A stretch of 64,000 bases of DNA, from contig JBPGPT010000017.1 in assembly GCA_051047955.1 (NCBI GenBank), positions 1 to 64,000 on the forward strand. Reading direction: 5' to 3'. Shown here piece by piece: positions 13,916-27,538 of this stretch; position 1 is the stretch's first letter; each line of letters begins with the position of its first letter. Origin of the DNA: Cystobasidiomycetes sp. EMM_F5 (taxonomy: Eukaryota). The notes under the pieces are model-generated. The model was not told where the DNA came from and did not search any database. It was given only the letters and a program-made list of their open reading frames with translations. The translations under genes and the position numbers were made by a program.

Positions 13916-15510
13916 CTACACTGCCATCGTTACATCTCCATTATTCCTAGATTCGTCCGGCACTGGCGTAATCCACAGACCCATCACTGCGCTGCGAAGA
14001 CATCTCTCCCATACACTGGACTTCGCGTCGAAACCGCCAGCCAACTTGCGAGGATCTGATTGCAGTGCCCCATTTGTAGACTCGTCAACGTACGAATTTT
14101 CAATAGAAAACAAATCTCGATAGTCGTAGTAGAACGTGTCGTAGTCTACTAGAGGATTCTCTGGCTCGAAAGGATCCTTCTCGATCACTGCCGACTTGTT
14201 GAGGCGAAGGTACTTGCTGAGCAGCGAAGATGGAGAGTTATCTGGAAGATCTGACCGGGGGGCAACGGCACTCGCGGCGACTCTCGCAGAAGAACGCTTG
14301 AGCGCAACAGCACGGTGTTGCTTGACAATGTCTTTTGCCTTCTTGGCTTGTTCTGCCTCGTCCAAAGGCCCATCCGCTGCATCCGTATTTGCAGAATCTT
14401 CAAGCGCTTGTATGAGCTCCCTCTCATCTTTCGCCTTTTCGCGCTTATCCTCGGCATCTTGGGCTAAGAATTCGGCTGCTCGAGCTTGTCGAGCCTTCTT
14501 CTCATCCTCGTCACGTAACCGAACAAGTTCGGCTTCTCGCTCGGCATACGATGCAGACACATCAATCTGTTCGGCGTTTTCTTGTTGGTAGGCCTTTATT
14601 TGCCGGTCTGTCTCTTCGACATCGACTTCGTTGATGAGATTGAATGCTTTTGTACTCATAGTTTCAGCTTGGATCCTAGCCAGAATACCGTTCCTAACTC
14701 ACTGAATATCTCCACTCTTTCCAGATAATCGTTGTACGTATTGAGATCTGGAAAGTCTTCCTCATTCTTGTTGAAGCTGTCAATCTCGACTTGTCAGCGA
14801 CGAAGTAATACTGCAATAAGGCCAAGCTTACATCTTGGCTATTCTGGTACGTATAGCTACCTCCTTTTCAACACTCAGATCCTCGTATGTCTGAGGCTTG
14901 AATTGGTTCTTTCGAATGATTTGGCCGCACACAGGACATGGTCCAGGACCGATGGTGAATATCCTATCAATGCATGATTCGCACCTGAAAACCGTTTGAA
15001 AGCAGTCAGCGTTGCCCGTTGACGAGAGGATAGATAGTATCAGGACAGATAGTATCAGGACATACATCTTGTGGTAGCATTTCGACACCATCAAACGCAG
15101 TGACGGATTGAGGTAGCGATCCGAGAAGCAGACCGGGCATTTGTCAGCGGGCGACTGTCAAAGGATCAAGGCGATCAGTGAGAGGGGACGCCAATATCAA
15201 GGATTAGCCTGAGGCTTGTGGACTGCATAAGGCCATGACGCACGGAATACTCGACCATCTTTCTATCCTTGTCCAACATCCGGAGTACCCCTACAGCTGG
15301 AGCGGCCGGCGCTGCTGTCGAAGAACCCGCAGCAGCATTGCTGCTCGATGCTCCATTCCTTGCATTCGACAAGGACGAAATGGTGGTGCCGCCTTTACTG
15401 CTCGTACTACCTCGAAGCGGATTCGGCGGGGGTATTCGACTCGTCGAGCCAGTGGGAGTGCTGTTCGACGACGTCGACTTGTATATCATAGGCTTGCGAG
15501 TAAAAGACAT
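13916..15510 (-). CDS. TFB3: CDK-activating kinase assembly factor MAT1 / TFIIH subunit Tfb3
   Basis: RING domain CPVCFSDRYLNPSLRLMVSKCYHKMCESCIDRIFTIGPGPCPVC followed by FKPQTYEDLSVEKEVAIR and a coiled coil. Confidence 0.93.
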
Positions 15511-15958
15511 GTTGAGTTATGCTGCACGGGTGGATGTAACGAATGCCGTCTAAGCGGCGTACTTCGAATGCGACTGTCAGCTTCGACAGAAAGCAATGGA
15601 TGAGAGTGGTTCAGACAGTCATGTTTGGTTGATTCGTTGTAGCATGTTGGCACGAGCAGAAGGCTGCCCTAAGTTACCCATTTCCGACAAATGTCTACGC
15701 CTTGATCAGTCAGCAAACGGCGCGCATACTTCTGGCATTCTGCTTTACTCTTTCCGACTAACCACGATTAAAACGCATGCCATGTAGTATACCCATATCC
15801 TACTAATGAACTCCTCTCCATCCTTTGTACTGCCCACAACACGCCGCGTCCTATCCGAAATGTCTGCCGTCAAGTTAGGCCAATTAATGCCTGACGGAAA
15901 ACACTGACACTCTGACAGCTGGACTGACGAGCATACAACGCAGCGGTCTTCACGAATC

Positions 15959-17657
15959 ATGCTCCGCTCCAGCTTGCGACGCCAGGATCTGCCCCTGCCC
16001 TCAAGCAGGCCCACGACTGTGATGCCTACGGTTGCAAAGGTCAAATTAATGGCACTACAGCTAGCATCAGCAACATCCATCTCAGACTTCCTATCCCTCT
16101 CCAACTTTGTCAGCAAGCTCTTGACTGTCAGTGCCAGCTACTACGCCTGGCAGTTTGGGTATTTCCTCGGTGCAAACTCTCGGACACCTGAAGTAGCATC
16201 CGTGTTTGCGGATGCCAAAGTCTTGCAGGGTACATTCTATCCTCATGAAGTGCGCTTATATGCGTGGCTGTTGCTTTGGGCTAGCCTTGCGTCAAGTATG
16301 TACTGCGCATACACAATTTGCAGGACATTACTAGCAGATCAAGCGATTATGGGTGGGATATCGCCCAAGCTCCCCATGTCAAGTATTAAGATAACCCCGT
16401 TATCGTCAATGGGCTTCCCAAGCAGTCCGGGTGCAATCAATAGACATCGACGCAATGATTCTATCGGGCGGTTAAGAATGGTCATTGTATTGTTCGTTTT
16501 TGCTCTATCGTTTATAAAGAAACAACACGTCGGCACGACTATAATCTTTCATCCCGTCAACTCGCCTCTCTTCTCAAGTTCCAGTGGAAACGACAGTTCC
16601 GCTACACCCACAAAGGGCATAAACAATCAAGATAATGCCGATAGTGACGACCGTATGCCTGCGTTGAAAGCGAATGAAGTAGCAGGATACGGCAATCCTC
16701 GAAAGTCTGTGCCAGTAGTTCCGCGAATCGTTCATTTCGTATTCGGAATGGAACCCGATTTTGGTGGAAAACCATTTGAGTATCCGCACTACCTGTCAAT
16801 GTACGCTGCCATGCAAGAACTCAAGCCCGTCTCCGTTATGTTTTGGCACAATTACCTTCCCACGTCCAAAGCTGGCACTGCTGAAAATTGGTGGTTTGAG
16901 CGAATCCAAAAAGATGCAGTTAGGTTTGGTGTTGACCGTAAGTATTCATCAACAGCGTGCGAGTCACTCAGCGCTAATGTTGTTTGCGTAATTCACAGTC
17001 ATAATGAAGGAAGCACGGGTGTTTGACAAAATTTACGATAATCCCATTGTCAAGTTTGCCCACAAGGCTGATGTCATCCGGCTGGAAGCTCTACTACAAT
17101 ACGGCGGGATATACCTAGATCTTGACGTCTACGCCATCCGTTCGTTTGACTCACTACTGCATTTTGACAGTGTACTGGGCCTAGAAGGTGGAGTGTCTGG
17201 CGTACCTCGACAAGGCTTATGTAACGGCGTCATCGTATCTGCGCCCAACAGCACCTTCTTGCAACGCTGGCATTCCTCGTATCGCAGCTTCCGAGACGAG
17301 AAGTGGGCTGAGCATTCCGTCAAGCTTCCCTTACGACTTGCGCGATCGTACCCGACCGAGCTGGTCGTACTCGATCCTTTTGCCATGTTTTATCCCCTTT
17401 GGAATGCAGACGGGCTGCGAATGGCGCACTCGCGACTCGCCCAACTAGGGGGAGACGCATGGGATTTTGACGACTCGCAGCAGCTCGCGTATCATGCTTG
17501 GTCATCCTTCGCTGGAAAGAAATGGCTCGCAAAGATCAATCCGGATCTAGTGTTTGAAGTCGAGACGAGCTTTAACCTGCTTGTGCGAAGATGGACGAGC
17601 GATGATCTCCGACAGCAGTGGAGAATTGCAAGAGACCTTGGACTCCTGGATACATGA
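15959..17657 (+). CDS. Glycosyltransferase family 32 (DxD sugar-binding) protein
   Basis: VPRIVHFVFG, AHKADVIRLEALLQYGGIYLDLD, LCNGVIVSAPNSTFLQRW; one intron ~16938-16998; start codon uncertain. Confidence 0.9.
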
Positions 17658-17755
17658 GCGGCGTGATTAAGAAGTGTACGCTCCGTCCGATAGAGTGTGG
17701 ATATAATCCTTGTAATCGATCAGGCCGTAATTCGTCAATGTCCAGTTATCTTCAG

Positions 17756-18309
17756 TCAGCCGCCTCTGTGAACTCTTCCGGTGCGTACCCAGCTGGGCTC
17801 CGGGCCCTCGAACAGCTTGCCTGTAACCGCCACACTTGTCATATCCGACAGCTGTGATGAACGATGCAGACGGCGTCCCGGCAAAGAATCCAGCACGATC
17901 TTGTTTACGTTTGCCGAAGTCGTCGTGTGCAAGTCGACTGGTATGATGAGGTTCTCAGGCTTTGCGGCAAGAGACCGAAGGTGTAACGCTTGAGCCTGTA
18001 GAATACCTCAATGTTAACAGACTAATCCCATGGAAGGGCACAAGTTGCGCACCTCTAGCTGATCTAGATATGTGTCCACGTCGAGCAGATGTGACTGCAA
18101 CTTCTCTGTGTCGCCACGGTCTTGCAGCGCTCTCGTCAACATTTCTCTGCGTCATCGGTTGTTACGAATGTCAGCTTGATTGTGCCCTTTCGCTAGTTTC
18201 TATAGGCGCACCTCGTACGGAACGCACACAGTCTGCGCCGTCGTTGCCCTTCGAGCAACCTCGTCATGCGAATAGCTCGCCGGTACATGGCGGCGACTTT
18301 GTCCATCAT
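17756..18309 (-). CDS. LYR-motif (Complex1_LYR-like) small mitochondrial protein, 3 exons, not in ORF track
   Basis: Spliced reading MMDKVAAMYRRAIRMTRLLEGQRRRRLCAFRTREMLTRALQDRGDTEKLQSHLLDVDTYLDQLEAQALHLRSLA...; two GTGCGC...CAG introns keep frame. Confidence 0.65.
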
Positions 18310-18674
18310 AAGTTATCGGGCTGCACGGCACGCTGTAGGAACTCAAGTCATGAAAGCAGCTTCATTATTCAATTGGGGATAGAAGGGAATCTGTCAGGAG
18401 CTTCGTTCCCCTTTGGCTTTTGCGTGTGCGACAAAAAGTTGCCAACTTGGTTTACGTCCAAGCGCCTCGACAAATGCTGACGCCTCGCGGCCGGCTTCAG
18501 CGCGGCGTGTAATCTGACGACAAGCTTCGAAAGTTTGACCACACAGACAGACGTTGCACAGGATTCGTACGGCTTTGGCGGTTCATTCCTGCGCGAAAAG
18601 TACGAGACGAGCAGATCAAGGCTGGGTCAGCGAGCTTCGGCGAGGGCACAGCCAACAGCCAGCTCTTGCATACC

Positions 18675-21600
18675 ATGGAAGTACAGTCCACTCCCTCGTT
18701 GGCTGGTCCAGCACGCCGTTCCAGGCGCCAAGGTACATTTGGACGAGATGGACCTGCAGCCGTCAACGGCGATGGACTGCAGTCTACACCGCCTAAATAC
18801 AAGCCTGAAACACCAGGTTATGGTCATCGCGGTAGCGCTACAACAGCCGCCGGCTCGCCATACAGTGGCCGACCGAAATCGTCAATGCAGTCGCAATCTG
18901 AAGCTCGTGTGGAAAGGCGAAAATCAATGGGCGAAGGTCTCTTGCGTAGAGCAAGGAAGAGTATAGGCTGGCTGATAGGGAGAGGGGTGGAGGACAGCTC
19001 CGTCGACGAAAGTGCAGATGCCGACAATGCTGCAGAAAACGGTCCGTCAAATAATGAGTCGAATGATGTCGAACTTGGAGGACAAAGGTCAAGTACTCCC
19101 CTCCCTGGGTCATACATTCCACACCGAAGAACATCAAGCATGGCGGCGTCCACTTCAAAAAGACCGCACAGCATAGCCGCCTACCCAGGATCATCTGCCG
19201 GCGCTGACTTCAAACAATTTGGAGGCTACGGTGATCCGCCAATGTCAGTCTTATCGACCACAGACACAGCCGATGAGAGATCTCCAGGAAAGAGAATGCG
19301 AACGTCGCATTCCACCCTGAACCTTCCTACCATAGCATCTATCCCAAAAGATTCCGGTAAATGGCCTAATGCTCCTAACGTGGTCGACTCCCACCCTCCA
19401 GCGCCTTATGGACGTCACCGGAGTCCTGTCAGGGCGTCGCCTCTTTCGCGCCCGGCGGGACTGGCGCTTCCGCCATCTAAAAGTAGCATATTTTCGAACG
19501 GACCCTCTCCTTTACACAGCTCACACACCACAAATGGCATATCTTCAGCTTTATCTTCTCCAGCAAGCCCGAGGCGCTCACCTTCTCCATCGGCCTTGTC
19601 TCCAAATACAGTACCCTTCCCATCACAGCAAGCAGGGCAGACTGAAACGTACGACTTTGGCCTGCGCTCGCAATCGCCCTTCCGTATTAACAGGTCGCCA
19701 GAAGTCTCCTTGGCACCATTGAACCTGTCTTCTGGCCTAGCCAGGTCACCGTCAGTTTCTCATGATCGCTTACCACAATCGCAAACTGCAAGTAGGCTGT
19801 ATCCGTACGGTAGACAAGCTTCTTCGCTACTTTCTCCAGGAGCACGCTCCTCATTTGCTTTTCCAACTTCGCACTCGTACGCCGGCAGCCTTGGTGCGTA
19901 CGCAGGCCAAAAGCGAGGTCTTAGTGCCATCTCCAATTCACCTCCAAAGGTATCACCAGTTCATTCTACGTATTCAAATCGATACCGACATGGCACACCC
20001 ATGGGAGTCTCGCCAACATTGACAGATTTCGATCATCTACATCGCGCCAAACGCCAGAGGACAAGCTTTGTGTGGCACCCTGAGCGTGGCTTCGTGGCTG
20101 GAGATGAGGATGGAAAGCCGATAGAAGAGCCAGAAGAGCCGATTGAAGCACCTAAAAACGACGCAGAACGGATACTGCAGCGTTTAGAAAGTACGAGAAC
20201 CTTGCAGGTCAATGGTCTTCGAAGTCATGTGAGTTCAATGAATAATGGATCAGCATCAGTATAATATCTCTTCTGACTTACTACCGTTTACAGAGTCCAC
20301 AAAGGATCAGCGTACCTGTGCCTAGCGCATCTCAAGGTTTGCCGGCATCCGCTTCTGCTATCTTTGCGACCAAGATCTCTTCGTCTCTACCGACAACTGC
20401 ATCCGAGTCTGCCATTTCGCCGATAGCACGGCGTCAAAGAGCTGCCCAGGAGGAGGCTGCTGTTCAACGTGGCCGCATAAATGATCGCGGCGGTCTCGGT
20501 GAGAGATTAAGGGATGCCGATATGGCACGACAGCGGAAAGTATCGAGTCGCACCAAATCGCCAGAGTCGGTTGTTGAGAGCAATTCTGGGCGTGATAGGC
20601 GACGAATGCACTCGACACGAGAACGAGATGAAGACATTGACGATGTTGACCTTGATCATACGGAGGACGATGACATCGTCGAGGATCTACCTGTGCCCGT
20701 TCGTACCAAGAAAGCGGTCCGCTCGCGGTCTCAGAGCGTCTTGAGCAACACAAGTGCGATGGACGAGGATGGAGCAGTATCACCCCGCAGATCAGCTAGA
20801 CAACGCATGAAGAGTCATGAGCCGATGTCTGATGCCGAAGCACCCGCACCAAAATCGCGGTCAAAAGTGGTCAAAACACCCAAAAAAGAGAAGGCTGCTT
20901 CTGCCAAGCGTGCCAAAGCCCAGTCACCACAATCGCAGGGTTCTGCGTCGGATGTCGAGGTCGAAGAAGGAGTCCGCACGCGTTCTGGGCGTCGCTTGCG
21001 GTCACCATCTGCTGCTCCCGCGTCGCCTCCGCCTGTGCTGAGGTCTAGTACAGTAAAGCGCAAAGCTGCTTCGCCTGCGGCTGCGGCTGCCACTGCTCAG
21101 CGAGGCATCGAGCAAGTGCTAGATTCGCAGTCGGCAACGCCAAGAGCTGCAAGAAGTGCATTTTCGGCTAGACACATAGACGACGATGATGATAGAGTTG
21201 TCGTACAGCCGGACTCTTCAGGCGCCAATGGATCGACAGAACACCTGCAGAAGCTGAGATTACCTTCATCGGTATTTGCAAGCCGAAATCGATTCCGTTT
21301 CACTAGCTCGCCCAGCTCTCCTAAACTAGGTCCTTCACCATCACAGCAAAGCGCGGCGATTATCGAATCCAACAGTGGCTTGGTGCCTTTAGCAACGATC
21401 GGGTCATCCGGGAATGTGAAGGCTTCTTCCGTGCCAAGCTTTGGTCTTTTGCCAGCTGCCGCTGAGACAGGGACAGCGGATCCAGCGCCTATTCAACTCC
21501 CGAAAGCAAGCGCATCTACATCAATATCCGGTACCTCGTCCTCTTCCGTTCCTGCCAGATCCTCTACGCCGCTGTTCTCCTTCACCGCTCCACAACCACC

Positions 21601-23010
21601 TCAAGAGTCGCCAGCCCTTCTTCCGTTCAAGGTCAGCGGGCCGCTGGCCTCGAGTGCGAACGGTACTCCTGCATCTGCCAGCGCAACAGCACCACCAGCC
21701 TTCTCGTTCAGCGCACCTACGAAGAACACTCCGAAGCCGGGTGCGGAAGCACCTAGCCCTGCTTCAAACTTTGCATTTGGCAAAAGTTCATCCGATCAAC
21801 AAGTAGGTAATGCTTTACACCGGAATACGTGACGAGACTGACGATTGACTCTACACAATAGGATCCGAAAGAGGTCAAAGCTCCCGTTTTCTCCTTCAAC
21901 AATCCTACCACAGCTGCAACATCTGCTACACCGTCTGTGGCATCATCAGGCAACCCATTCGCCGCATTTTCTAAACCTGCACCTCCCGCTGCTGCTGAGA
22001 ACACAAAACCTGAGACTGCAGCGAAAGCAACTCCGTTCTCCTTTACGAGTACAAGCAAGGCCGCAAGTGATCCGTCGATAGCTAGTGAGACGGCTTCTGC
22101 GGTACGGCCAGCATTCAGCTTCGGTACAAAGCCGTTAGCTGCCCAGGCAGACGCTGCAAAGCCAGATCAAGCGACGGCTGCATTAGCAGCCCCTTCCTCA
22201 CAGCCTGAGAAGCCCGCCAATGTACCTGCATTCTCGTTTGGATCCACAACTACGTCCGCTCCCGCAGCTGCATCGAAATCTCCAGCCTTCAGCTTCGCTC
22301 CGGCATCTCCTAGCAAACCCCAAGCGAGCACAACTTCGCCGACTCCACCTGCGTCATCTGCTGGCACAACCTCAGCGTTCAACCTAGGTCAAACAACCCC
22401 GGCGGCAACAGCTGGGACTGCACCGGCATTCAAGTTTGCTTTCAACGGTGCGGCCCCTGCATCGAGCACCCCTGCTGCTAATACAACGCCAGCGTTTTCT
22501 TTCGGTGGTTCCGCATCCCAGGCCAACCCCTTCGCATCGCCCGCTGCAGGTGGGTCAGCGGTCCCGCCTGCAAGTACAGGCAGCGGCAATGGATCACTTC
22601 CAAAGCCGTTTGCGTTTGGCTTCGGCGCTCCGGCCGCTGGCGCTGCTGTTGCGCCCGCGCCTTCGGGTACCCCAGGTGTAAAACCTGGTCCAGCAGGCGG
22701 TAGCCTGTTTAACACCAACGGTAGTGCTGCTCCGGCGTTTTCCTTTGGATCAACCACGACAGCAGCAACACCATTCAGTTTTGGCAGCGCCGCTGGAACC
22801 ACAAGCCCTCTGCCGACCCCGACGTTTGGTACGGCGTCGTCAACGCAGCCGGCTTTTGCCTTTGGTGCAGCCGCATCTGCGCCCTTGACTCCTGGAGGTT
22901 CGCCTATATCGCCTGCAACGAGTTTGTTCAATGTCGGGAGCGGGGGCGACGACAGCACGAGCCCGCAGAAACGGACGATTCGGCCATTGCGAACTACCAA
23001 GCGGCGCTAG
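18675..23010 (+). CDS. FG-repeat nucleoporin (Nup1/Nup124/Nup153-like nuclear basket protein)
   Basis: Three long ORFs joined by introns; many PAFSFG/PFSFG repeats; basic C-terminal RTIRPLRTTKRR tail as in Nup1/Nup153. Confidence 0.8.
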
Positions 23011-23736
23011 CATCACTGTGTTTTGGCTATACGGATCCTATTGACATTCGATAAAGGGTTCTTCGTCGTTTCACTTATGAAATTCTGTATATACTGCATC
23101 GGTGTGTACAGACGAAACATCATTGAATGGGCACAAGGAACGCCAACGCATGACGGTGAACGGCATTCTTCGTGAGTTAGATGCTTCGTAAAGGACTTTT
23201 CATGGCAGCCTAGGGTACACACATACAGTATATGTAATGTGGGGCTGGCCGTCGTCATACATATCTTGACAGCCTTCTCCGCTAACCGCCAAGCTGAATG
23301 GCGTTGTTATAGGCTTATAGCACTGAAGGCAGAATCGAGCATTGCGCTGCATAAGGCAAAGCTTGACAGGACAAGCGTACCAGATTTATGCAATGTTACC
23401 ATAAAAATTTCCGAATTCAGTATCCCAGTTTCAGGCACGGTACTTTGTTAGGCATGGCATTCCGGCCAGACCCACACCGCTTCGATGTTTATCTGGACAT
23501 TCCAAACATGTAGACCGCCTCCTCTTCTTCTCGCTTGTTGCACGACACACTACTGCAAGCATATTTGGTCGTCAGCACTTTCTTCTCCACGCAGGGCAAG
23601 CCGTTCGTAGAGGGTGAGTCGGTGGCGTCAAGGTGGCCAAGGAGGAAAGGCTCAGGCCGATCAGCCGTTTCTTTGTTGGATACAGATACTAGACGACTGG
23701 AACAGCTGCAGCAAGCATAGCGTGGGCATCTTCGGC

Positions 23737-26700
23737 ATGTCGGCCGATGAAGGCCAGGGCAGCAAGCCCGCTATGGCCCAGAAACCGTCGACCGGAATAA
23801 CGCTGGCTTCTGTCGCCAGCTCTGGTTTCAAGCTCCAGGCTTCGCCGGACATGCCCAGCGAAGAGGTATTGGACGGTAATGCACCAGTTGAAGACACTTC
23901 TGCAGCAGGAGGACGCGATGCCGCACCACACCCGTCCGGCACTGCTGGAGCACTCAGTCAAGCCAGCAGCTTGATGGAAGATGGGGACTCCGGCATGTTT
24001 ACGTTTGAACGTCCGAATACCGGTCGACCTGGGAGCAGGTCTTCTGGGAACCCTACCCTCGGCTCGCGCTTGAATACTGGGATCGGTATTTCCAACATCA
24101 GCATGATGGGCGCAGCCGGTAGGCCTCTGACAGGTATTGCTATTCCCGAAGAAGTCGAGGGCATGGCGGAGGAGGATGCAGAGCCCTTCTCGCCAGCAGC
24201 AGCACTTGCGGCTGCGTATCGTGGTGGACAGTATGTTCCGCCAAAGACGGCTACCCGAACGTCCATGAGCACACCGATTATCGAACTGGACGAACGCATG
24301 AAGACGGCCAGTCACGCTAGCGCTCTCGATAACGGGCATTCGTCCCCAGCACAGTCTGGTATGACTGAGTATAGGTGTGTGCGAAGACAGTATAGAGCTG
24401 TATTTTCATCACTAATGATCTGCGCTGCACAGCATGACAACGGATAAAGTGGACATGGAAAAGATTGGCGCACCTAATCCGTATGAGAATCTGTCACCAG
24501 AAGAGCTGTTCAAAATGGCAGCGGAGCTGGATTTGATGCAAGCAGGGCATTCCAGGCCGGAGTTGCTTGATATTGGCGATGAGGAGGACTCGCCGTTTGC
24601 TGAAGTGCGAGCAAGTGTCAGCAATTTTGATGACCCAAACATGCCATGCCTCACATTCCGAGCCGCTTTCATCGGTCTTTCCTTCACAATTATCGGCGCC
24701 GCGCTCAACACATATTTTCAGCTTCGATATCCTGCTCCTTTATTAACAACGGTACTGGTAGAAATTCTTGCATACCCTTACGGAGTATTTTTGGCTCGCA
24801 TACTGCCGGTACGCGATTTCAAAACGCCTCGGTTGCTGCAAAAAATTGGCCTTTTCGAGGAATGGTCTTTCAACCCTGGGCCCTTCAATATTAAGGAACA
24901 CACTGTCATAATGATCATGGCGAATGTCGGCTTGAATCCAGCCTACGCTGTCAATATCCCCCTTACTCTCAACAAATTCTATGGCAAAACGCTCGGAGCT
25001 GGGTTTGATGTTTTGTTCCTCCTCAGTACGCAAGTCATTGGCTTCTCATTCGCTGGTCTAGTGCGACGATTCTTGGTGTGGCCAGCTGCCATGATCTGGC
25101 CTTCCAATCTCGTTATCTGTACGCTACTCAACAGCTTCCACGCGGAAGAATTCGATGGATCAGATGGGTCTTTATCCAAACTTCGCTATTTCTGGTATGT
25201 TTTTGCTGGGGCCTTCGTCTGGTACTTTGTACCAGGTAAGTCAGCAATATGCGCCGCATTAGCATTCTGTTGACGCTGCTCGCTCGGCAGGCTATCTATT
25301 TGTGGGATTATCGGCTTTCTCGTGGATATGTTGGGTTGCCCCCCGTATGTCCGTCGCTATCAGTGGTCCACCGTTGAGCTGAGAAGTACTGTCAGAAAAA
25401 CCCGTGGTCAACCAGCTCTTTGGCGTTATTAACGGACTGGGCATGAGCTGTCTCACTTTTGACTGGAGTCAAATCGCGTACATCAATTCGCCTCTCATAG
25501 TTCCTTGGTGGGCTCTGGTCAACGTATTTGTTGGTTTCGTCGGCATATACTGGATCATTGCGCCTGCACTCTACTACACAAATGTCCGTAATCTAGATTC
25601 TGATTACAGGGCTCAATGCTAACCGAGCATAATCCAGGTGTGGGACAGTGCTTATCTCCCAATTTCCACTAACACAATCTTTGATCGATTCGGAGCACCG
25701 TATAACACGTCTCGAGTCTTGACGCCAGACCTCAGACTTGACATAGCTGCTTACGAGCAGTACTCGCCGGCTTACTTACCGATTACTTTTGCCATGCTCT
25801 ACCTCATATACCTAGCTCTTGCATCATCGTCGCTAGTCCACCTCGTGCTCTACCATGGCAAAGACATGTGGAAGACGGTGAAAGACATCAAGAACGCTCA
25901 GACTGATATCCACGCCAAACTCATGCTCGCATACAAGGAGGTACCATGGTGGTGGTACGGCATAACTTTTTCTGTGTTCATAGCTATGGCTATTGCCGTG
26001 AATGAGGTAAGCAACGGCAAACTATATCAGCGGACGAGAATTAACGTGGTTATAGGCATACGATTCGTCATTGCCAGTGTGGGGCGTGCTTCTGGCCTTG
26101 CTTCTTCCGGCAATCTATATACTCCCGGCTGGGATCGTGTATGCCTTGTCCAACCAGGGTGTAAGTCAGCCAACGCTCCGTTGCCGGGTACCCACATAAG
26201 TGACAAGTGATACAGTTGAGCATCAGTCTTCTGGCACAACTCATACCTGGTTACCTACTACCTAACCGTCCGATGGCAAATGTGGTCGGTCTGAGAATGC
26301 GTTTTACTGAAAGAGTCCAGGCATCTGACTCTAAGTTATGTACAGATCTTTAAGGCTTACAGCAACCAGTCTCTGATTAACGCCCTCTACTGGGTCCAAG
26401 ATCTGAAACTCGGCCATTACATGAAGATTCCGCCGCGCACTACGTTCGCTGTTCAACTTAGTGCAACATGCGTCGCTGCTTGCATTCAGGTAGCCATGCT
26501 TCGCTTGCTCGAGACTGTTGTTCCGGATTTGTGCTCTCGCGATCAAGCGGCACTTCTGAGCTGTCCGGTTGCTCGTATAACATACAACGCATCACTGATA
26601 TGGTATGTTTCAAGGCACACACTATCAAGCCTGGGTTCAGCTGAGAGCGTTCGCACAGGGGCTTGATTGGGCCCGAACGCATCCTCGGTCCGGGAGCACC

Positions 26701-27246
26701 GTATAATCCAATTTTATGGGCGCTCCTTGGCGGCGCTTTCCTCCCGGTAATCACCTGGGTCATGTGCAAATACTTCAAATGGAAATGGGCGCAGCATATC
26801 AATATACCCGTCATGTTATCTGGAGCGTCACTGATACCCCCAGCGTCTGGAATCAACTACTCGTCCTGGTTCATCACGGGCTTCGCATTCCGTGCGTGCT
26901 TATCGTCAAGAAGTTTCCGTGACTAACGCTATTAGTACAGAATTTTTGCTTAGGCGGTATAAATTCCGATGGTGGGCCAAATTTGGGTTTATCACGTCTG
27001 CAGCAATGGACAGTGGCACCATTGCGAGTGCCATCCTCATGTTCGTCACGCTCATGGTGCCGAAAGGCGGGATCAACTTGAATTGGTGGGGCAACAACGT
27101 TTACATCAACACATACGATGCAATGGGAGTACCATACTTGACACCGTAAGTCGACTAGCATACAGAATAAGCAGCGAGGTGACAACCAAACTAACGTTGA
27201 TATTATGCGTAGTCCGGACTCTGGTTTCGGACGGACGATATGGTGA
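23737..27246 (+). CDS. OPT-family oligopeptide transporter A, long N-terminal tail
   Basis: EEDSPFAEVRASVSNFDDP, NPGPFNIKEH, WPAAMIWPSNL, DLKLGHYMKIPPR motifs; probable 5'UTR intron ~23614-23684. Confidence 0.96.
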
Positions 27247-27538
27247 ATAAGGCCAAATTGTAACAATGCATACCTCATTAGTATTACAGGATTGTTGTTG
27301 TTTGTTCGTGTCTGTGTTTCGATATGATGACAGCCTGTGCCGCAGAGTCAGCTTGCGTGACCCGACTCAGTATAATTTATGAATACAACAGGCGGGTATT
27401 AAGTCGTTACTACATGGGTCATGGAGTAAACGCGTAAAAGGATCTATATAAGGTATTCGTGCGCGATCTGCGAGTATCCGACGTGGTCATAGGAGTGGAC
27501 GTAACGATAAGAGTAACACGCTATGCAGTAGCATTACT

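Noticed and set aside
15032..15061. 15-bp tandem duplication AGATAGTATCAGGAC
   Set aside because: Intronic in TFB3 with only two copies; probably neutral slippage
22389..23000. 203-aa antisense ORF, and many similar antisense ORFs in the track
   Set aside because: Shadow frames of low-complexity coding genes with no independent features
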